A stretch of 63,541 nt of DNA, the filler included, from Schmidtea nova (Eukaryota): the NCBI GenBank assembly GCA_044892505.1. It is 4 parts of one record of this genome, joined end to end, with 100 filler letters (N's around TTAATTAATTAA, not from the genome) between each part and the next. Parts side by side here need not be neighbours in the genome. Positions count along the whole stretch, not along the records: positions 41,343 to 60,720 come from CM097882.1; positions 60,821 to 63,541 come from CM097882.1; 2 more parts are not named here. The stretch is one strand, 5' to 3'. Position 1 is the stretch's first letter. Each line of letters begins with the position of its first letter. The position numbers and the translations under genes were made by a program. The notes under the pieces are model-generated. The model had not been told where the DNA came from, did not search any database, and saw nothing but the letters and a program-made list of their open reading frames with translations. Shown here piece by piece: positions 57,873-63,541 of this stretch.

Positions 57873-60720
57873 CTTATAACCTTCGATAGTGAAAGGATTT
57901 TCTCCGATACTAATGAATAAAATAAAATTTGCAGACTTTTAGAGAAAAGAATACAAAAAGTTAACATAACTTTATTTTTGTTTCCTATGCATAGAGATTA
58001 CTATTACAAGAATAAAATAATCATTATTTTTCAATTATTTCTCAGATATAAAATTCTGTTTTCTGGAACTGTGCACATTCAATTTTTTCCTTAAAATAGA
58101 AACGCTCCCATTTAAACCTATCGGAAAAAAATTGTGTAAATTTTTTTTTATCCACAAAAATTAGAAAACTGGATCCGGTCCTTGGAGATCAGTGAAAACG
58201 ATATGATGAAAGTATACGAAATCATTATATATAAATAAAGACTATTGTCATTAATTTAATAAAAATTGATATATCTTATTAAAACAAAACTGATAAAATA
58301 TATCGAAATAATTAATTATTTAATTAATATAACTTTATGAAAATGAACGCATTTGTTTGCAAAAGACTTGAGTACCTTTTTCATTGCTAGAAATAGTTTC
58401 TATACGTTTGTATGTTTAAGCGATGTTGATATTTTGAGGGTTGTTTACCCTTCTAAAATAATTTCAAAAATTGTATTTTTCTTTTTGTCTTAATTTTATA
58501 CATTACACTATTCTGACAAAATAAAACGTTATTTTGAGTGAAAATATGTGGTAATATATAAATTATAAAGAAAATTTAAATCTTCAAATTTTATTGCCGT
58601 TTCATGGTAGACCCAACTTCCTGAGTAACTACTCATCACTAATTTTATCTGAAGATGAAACTTCCTAGTTTAGTTTTTCATAGGACTATATTTGCCAAAA
58701 TATTTGTCAAATTTACCAGTCGATATGAAGCCATCCTCTTCATCGTCTTCATTATTTTCTTTTAAATCTCGCATCACAATAATCACCCAAATTATTTCAT
58801 CCTATCTATACGCTTTATTTATTTCATAAAACGGTAGGGTAGGTCTTGTAAGGTGTAACGTGTTAAAAATTAATTCAATTTGCTAAAATGATCAAATCAC
58901 AAAAAAGGTTTCCCCAAAAATTCATATTAAAAAAAATATTGGTTTACAGTCTGAAAAGAAAGATAAATCGATTAAAATGGGAAATGGATCAATTGTTAGA
59001 AAGATAAAAGTTTCTACAAATAATAAAAAAACTCTTTAATCATAGAAACGTTTTGTTCCAAAACATATTGAGGTCCACCCATGAAAACTCCTAATTTCAC
59101 GATCATGCTAGAATGAGAGTTTTGAGTGTGATATGCAGTCCATTGATTAAAATATCAATTCAGAAATATGTAGGAATTTATAAAAATTTGTGAAAGTTTT
59201 TATAAAGTTTTTATTGTAATTTAAAAAATTTTAATTTTGAAAAATATTAAATGAAATTTAAAGAAATGTTTATTTTCATGAAAAGATGAAGAGTTGTTTT
59301 AATAATAAGTGAAAGCGAAGGGAATTTAAAAAAGTAATTAATCAAGTCATTTGTAATAAATAAAAATTGTCAAACTAAAAAAATTATGTCTTTTGATTTG
59401 CAGAATGAGACTACCGACAGCTTCGTTGCTGCTAACAATGAGCTTGAAATTTTACTTGGAATTTGAAATTTTTCAGATTTCACCATTTTAATTTTAATTA
59501 TTTTCATTTCGATTTTACGGAAATTTTTCAAAGTAAAATTTTAACTATTTTTCTCATTCATTTTTAAATATTATTTCAAAAATCTGTTCAAGTTGTGGAA
59601 CTTATTCTATCTATTTCCAATACTAAAAAGATTGTATTTAAATAAACTTATTTGAGCAGTTTCTTTAATGAAAAAGTTAAGAATCGTATATTAGATCCTT
59701 AATTGTATTATAGTTCTTTGTATAATTTTAAAATAACTTGTTGAATATTTATTTCAATATTAAAACAAAGTTCAACACTATTTTCTGAATTTTGACAATT
59801 TGTGGAAATTAAAAACCTCCAGATTCACCATCAATATAATGAAAACTTTATTATCAATAATTAGTCTGGTATGAAAGGGCGGATCCAGAAGTGGTGGTAG
59901 GGGCGACCATCCCCTCCACCCGACCTATCTTTTACACTACATAGTTTCAGTTTGGCAATATTTTACTGTATTACATTTCATTTCTGCTGAATTACTTTAA
60001 TTACTTACTTTTTTGCAATGAAAAGAACATTTCGTTTTAATTTTATTTCCCTTTATACTATAGCAATTAAAGAAATAGAATGCATAATATTTCTGTATTT
60101 AATGTTTCAATATCAATAATGAAATCCGTGTGTGTAGAAAAAGAATCAATTTAATATAAACCGGATAAAAATAACATATACTCGACATTGACATTGATGA
60201 TAGAATAGTTGTTGAATGAGTTCCTTGGCTTTCGTAATCTCTAATCTTTGACATCTTAAACCGTTGATTTTGATTTATTGTGCTGGGATTCGGCATTGTT
60301 TGAACATTACACGTATAGTGTTTGGGATTCGATGGTTTTTGGTTGAATTGCTTATTGGTTTCACTGTGCAAATTGTTGAAGTAAATGAGCATTTGCACTT
60401 CCAGGCGGAGGACATAATTGAGATGAGGATGAAAGAATTCCAGTATTCAATGATTAATGATTGACACAATCCAATAGTTTAAAAGTATTAGATTCAGATA
60501 GCTTTATTTCACTCGTTATTTCCGTAGATCTCTGATTCCTAGCCTCATTTGGAATTAAAAACATTTCATTGGATTTCATTTCAGATTTTGATTTTATAAT
60601 TGTAAATTCTTTTCTTGGAGCATGTTGGTTATTTTTGAAAGTGAAAAAAGTGCATTTTTTTGCTTATTTAAAACAAAAAAGTTCATTTAATATAATATTA
60701 CATTAATAATTTAATTATTA

Positions 60721-60820
60721 NNNNNNNNNNNNNNNNNNNNNNNNNNNNNNNNNNNNNNNNNNNNTTAATTAATTAANNNNNNNNNNNNNNNNNNNNNNNN
60801 NNNNNNNNNNNNNNNNNNNN
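60721..60820. other. Artificial contig linker
   Basis: N44-TTAATTAATTAA-N44. Confidence 0.95.
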
Positions 60821-60883
<63 letters not shown>

Positions 60884-60994
60884 AAAATTATAAAAAACTT
60901 ATACAAATTGTAATAATAAACTTATAAAAACAAAATCAAATCAAAATGTTAGTTTTAATTCTTTTCGGAATTTATTTATACAATCCAAAATGTT

Positions 60995-61010
60995 GGCCCT
61001 GAAGAGGGCC
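60995..61010 (-). promoter_or_regulatory. Histone-type stem-loop downstream of the second pPolB
   Basis: CAAUC GGCCCU-CUUC-AGGGCC AACA; hairpin identical to 6573-6588. Confidence 0.75.
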
Positions 61011-61146
61011 GATTGTACGATCTCATTTCTTTTGGTTTTCTGATTTTCTTTATCCTTTTGATTTTCTTTCTTTTGATTTTCTGTTTTTGATTATCTTTTT
61101 TTTGATTACATTTTTTTTGATTATCTTTTTCGTTTATTTCCAACCA

Positions 61147-63541
61147 TCATTGCAAATAGTTATGCTCCGGCTCTTCGTANNNNNNNNNNNNNNNNNNNNN
61201 NNNNNNNNNNNNNNNNNNNNNNNNNNNNNNNNNNNNNNNNNNNNNNNNNNNNNNNNNNNNNNNNNNNNNNNNNNNNNNNNNNNNNNNNNNNNNNNNNNNN
61301 NNNNNNNNTAAAATACTGCTACCCCATCTATAATGGCCGTATGTCAGGCTTTTAATTTTGCCTACCCAATTGCGCTTATCGTCCCTATAGCTTAAAGCCC
61401 TCTTATTATTTTTAACACTAAAAAGCTGGTGATTTTTAGATGTTATTCTAAGCTGGGGACCGTATAGATCTTATTATTTATATAACAATCCAAATATGAC
61501 TGATGTTTTAGTCTAGTATCCTTCATGCCAATCCTCTTCGCCCTCATACTCGCCTCATCACCAATTAAGCTATAGCATTTCGGTCGAAGAAACACCCACT
61601 CTTTATACATTATCCCTTTATTCTTGTCTTTGAACTTGCCAAAGACAGAATCACGGCTTCTGCTGTATAAAGAATGCATTGGGTCATAATTAAAAGTGTC
61701 CAGCAAGCGATCATTAACCATAGCCGGTAAAAGAAGGTCAAGACTACAGTTTTTGACGTTGCTATTTCTAAATCCACTTTTATATTGTAGCCATAATGAA
61801 GTTCATCTAAATCTACCGATGTACACTGCAAAATTATTTGATTTAATAAGTGGCCATCTGTGACCCATTGAAAATTTGAACAAGGTAAGGGTTGGCTTAA
61901 GGCCCACCCATACAAATTATTAATGTCGATGTAAAGCAATGCTGTATCCGGGCTTGTTTTTACATAATGTTTATTAATAAAGATTAGACCGCCACGGATA
62001 CCGCCCTCGAAAAAGCTGTATATCTCTATATCGGTGAGGAACTCAATTGGAGATTCTAAAGTCATTAATGCGGAACTCCAAGATAAACTTGGAATACCGA
62101 GGAAATTTAGAGGTTCTAGTCGGTTATGTGCAATTGATTTTGATCTAAATTGCTGGAAAAAGTCGGCAAGTATAAAAACATCGAGTTTCAAATAAACCAT
62201 CATGTAATCAAAAAGTGAATTACATGATGTTTCAACCCAAATTCGTTGTGCGATATCGTATTCGGCTTGTGTGACATCTTTCCAGATAGGTGGAAGAGAT
62301 AAAGTCGAATGTAAAACTTCTAAGGAAGTTGCAGCATCATAGGGAAAAATACCCTTGGCTGAAATTATTGTGCCTTGAAATTCTGATTCGGTGAGTGGCA
62401 AGGAAGTAAGAGTTTTGACAGCATTATTTAAAGACTCGCTGATGAATTGGTAAGAGTCTATGAATTTAACAGTTAAAGAGTCAATCTAGCAAAAAGACTA
62501 AGAAATTTCTCACTGGTTAAGGGAATACAACTGATATTCCATTTTCTATATTTTGATAAGCCATATTTTAGAATATGATGTAGATCATACCCTTTTAAAT
62601 TATGAAAGATAACAGGAAGGGTATGTCTAATCTGTCTCACTTTATTACATTCTGAGCAAGTTGCACCAAGAAAAAGACCGGAGAAATGGTCATCGTCCCT
62701 AACGGGTCTACATCAAAGTTTTTTGCACAAATAACAAATTGTGCTGTTAATAAATTCAATTTGTTGTTCATCAGTAATTATCATCTTTTTTTGATAATTT
62801 TTAAAAAAGTATGGTGTTACTATGTGACGACTGATAAGTTCAATTTCATTAAGAAATTGTTCTACACAATCAAGGCCGACAAAAGATTTATAGATTTTTT
62901 GGCCAGAAAGGTTGTTGATCAATAGTAAACCGGCAGAAATAGGCAAATGTTTTTGGAAATACCTAGTGTCAGCAGGTAAGATTGCCTCAAAGTCGGCATA
63001 AATAACAAAAGGAGGAGTCACTGTTTTACGCCAATCAGTAAATTTGAGCATTTTATTTTTTGATAATGTGTACAAAGTTGTACCAGTTTGATTTTTATCG
63101 CAAAGACCCCTATGTCTATTGAAAGCCTTCTCATTCCAAAACCCATTTAAGAATCTCGGACCCCATTTACTGCAAATCCTTACAGGGGTTATCGAACTAT
63201 TCTGACAATTCAAAAATCTATTTAAGTCGAAAATGGTAATGTAATGAAAATTGTTTTTTCTCAAGCAATAACAAATTTATTGGAGTGGCACCTACAACTT
63301 TTGACTTGTAAATTAAGTCGATAAATGGTGTTTCAGAAAAGTATCGTCATTGTCATCACTTACAACTATTAAGGCATTTTCATCATAAGACATCAGCGTC
63401 CATATCAACATTATATAATTACTAAAAAGATGATTAAATAATAATTAAATAATAATAATAAAATTACAATTCGATCGTCCCATTGACAAAAATGCATTCA
63501 TCCTTAATGATGATGCGACATGTTCAGCATTTTTGTTGTTC
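61147..63541 (-). pseudogene. polB: Second, diverged Polinton pPolB with frameshifts, stops and a deletion removing motifs B and C
   Basis: VIYADFEA, YLKLDV, YIDINNLYGWAL, FLRPKCYS; EIA jumps directly to ..MVNDRLLDT; the stop at 61147 is inferred across an N run. Confidence 0.9.

Noticed and set aside
20214-60820. Functional linkage between the Polinton, ATF7IP, gypsy, hAT and second pPolB regions
   Set aside because: They are separated by identical artificial 100-bp linkers, so adjacency is not biological. The TTAATTAATTAA core is not a genomic motif.
1-63541. tRNA, rRNA, primer-binding site, gag
   Set aside because: None recognisable; the gypsy 5' end is cut by the contig edge

Overview
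AT-rich, intron-containing eukaryotic (invertebrate animal) DNA. It is not one locus. Three identical artificial 100-bp linkers (N44-TTAATTAATTAA-N44 at 20214, 41243 and 60721) join four unlinked contigs. Contig 1 holds a near-complete group-2-type Polinton/Maverick (adintovirus-like) inserted into a dead hAT transposase. It encodes pPolB with an HNH insert, a DEDD-like protein, adenain protease, major and minor capsid proteins, two core-like proteins, a chromodomain integrase and a packaging ATPase. It also encodes a TBP-like protein and an acidic Cys-motif protein. Several of these genes need 39-51 nt introns that the ORF track misses. Contig 2 has an ATF7IP-like terminal exon, pogo and gypsy relics, a Polinton relic interrupted by a second Polinton-like terminus, and an intact-looking Ty3/gypsy element. 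That element has a gB/chuvirus-like env fused upstream of pol and a degenerate REXO4/ISG20-like ORF3. Contig 3 has Tc1, mariner, MITEs, an intact Buster-type hAT and host LamG-EGF exons. Contig 4 is a second, decayed Polinton pPolB. Best candidate for a new system: the pPolB 3' UTR carries histone-mRNA-type stem-loops, one conserved in both Polintons and one covarying. The same element has E2F and AP-1 site arrays, NF-Y boxes and its own TBP, which suggests (inference) an S-phase-coupled expression programme. All assignments come from motif recognition by eye; no database searches were run.
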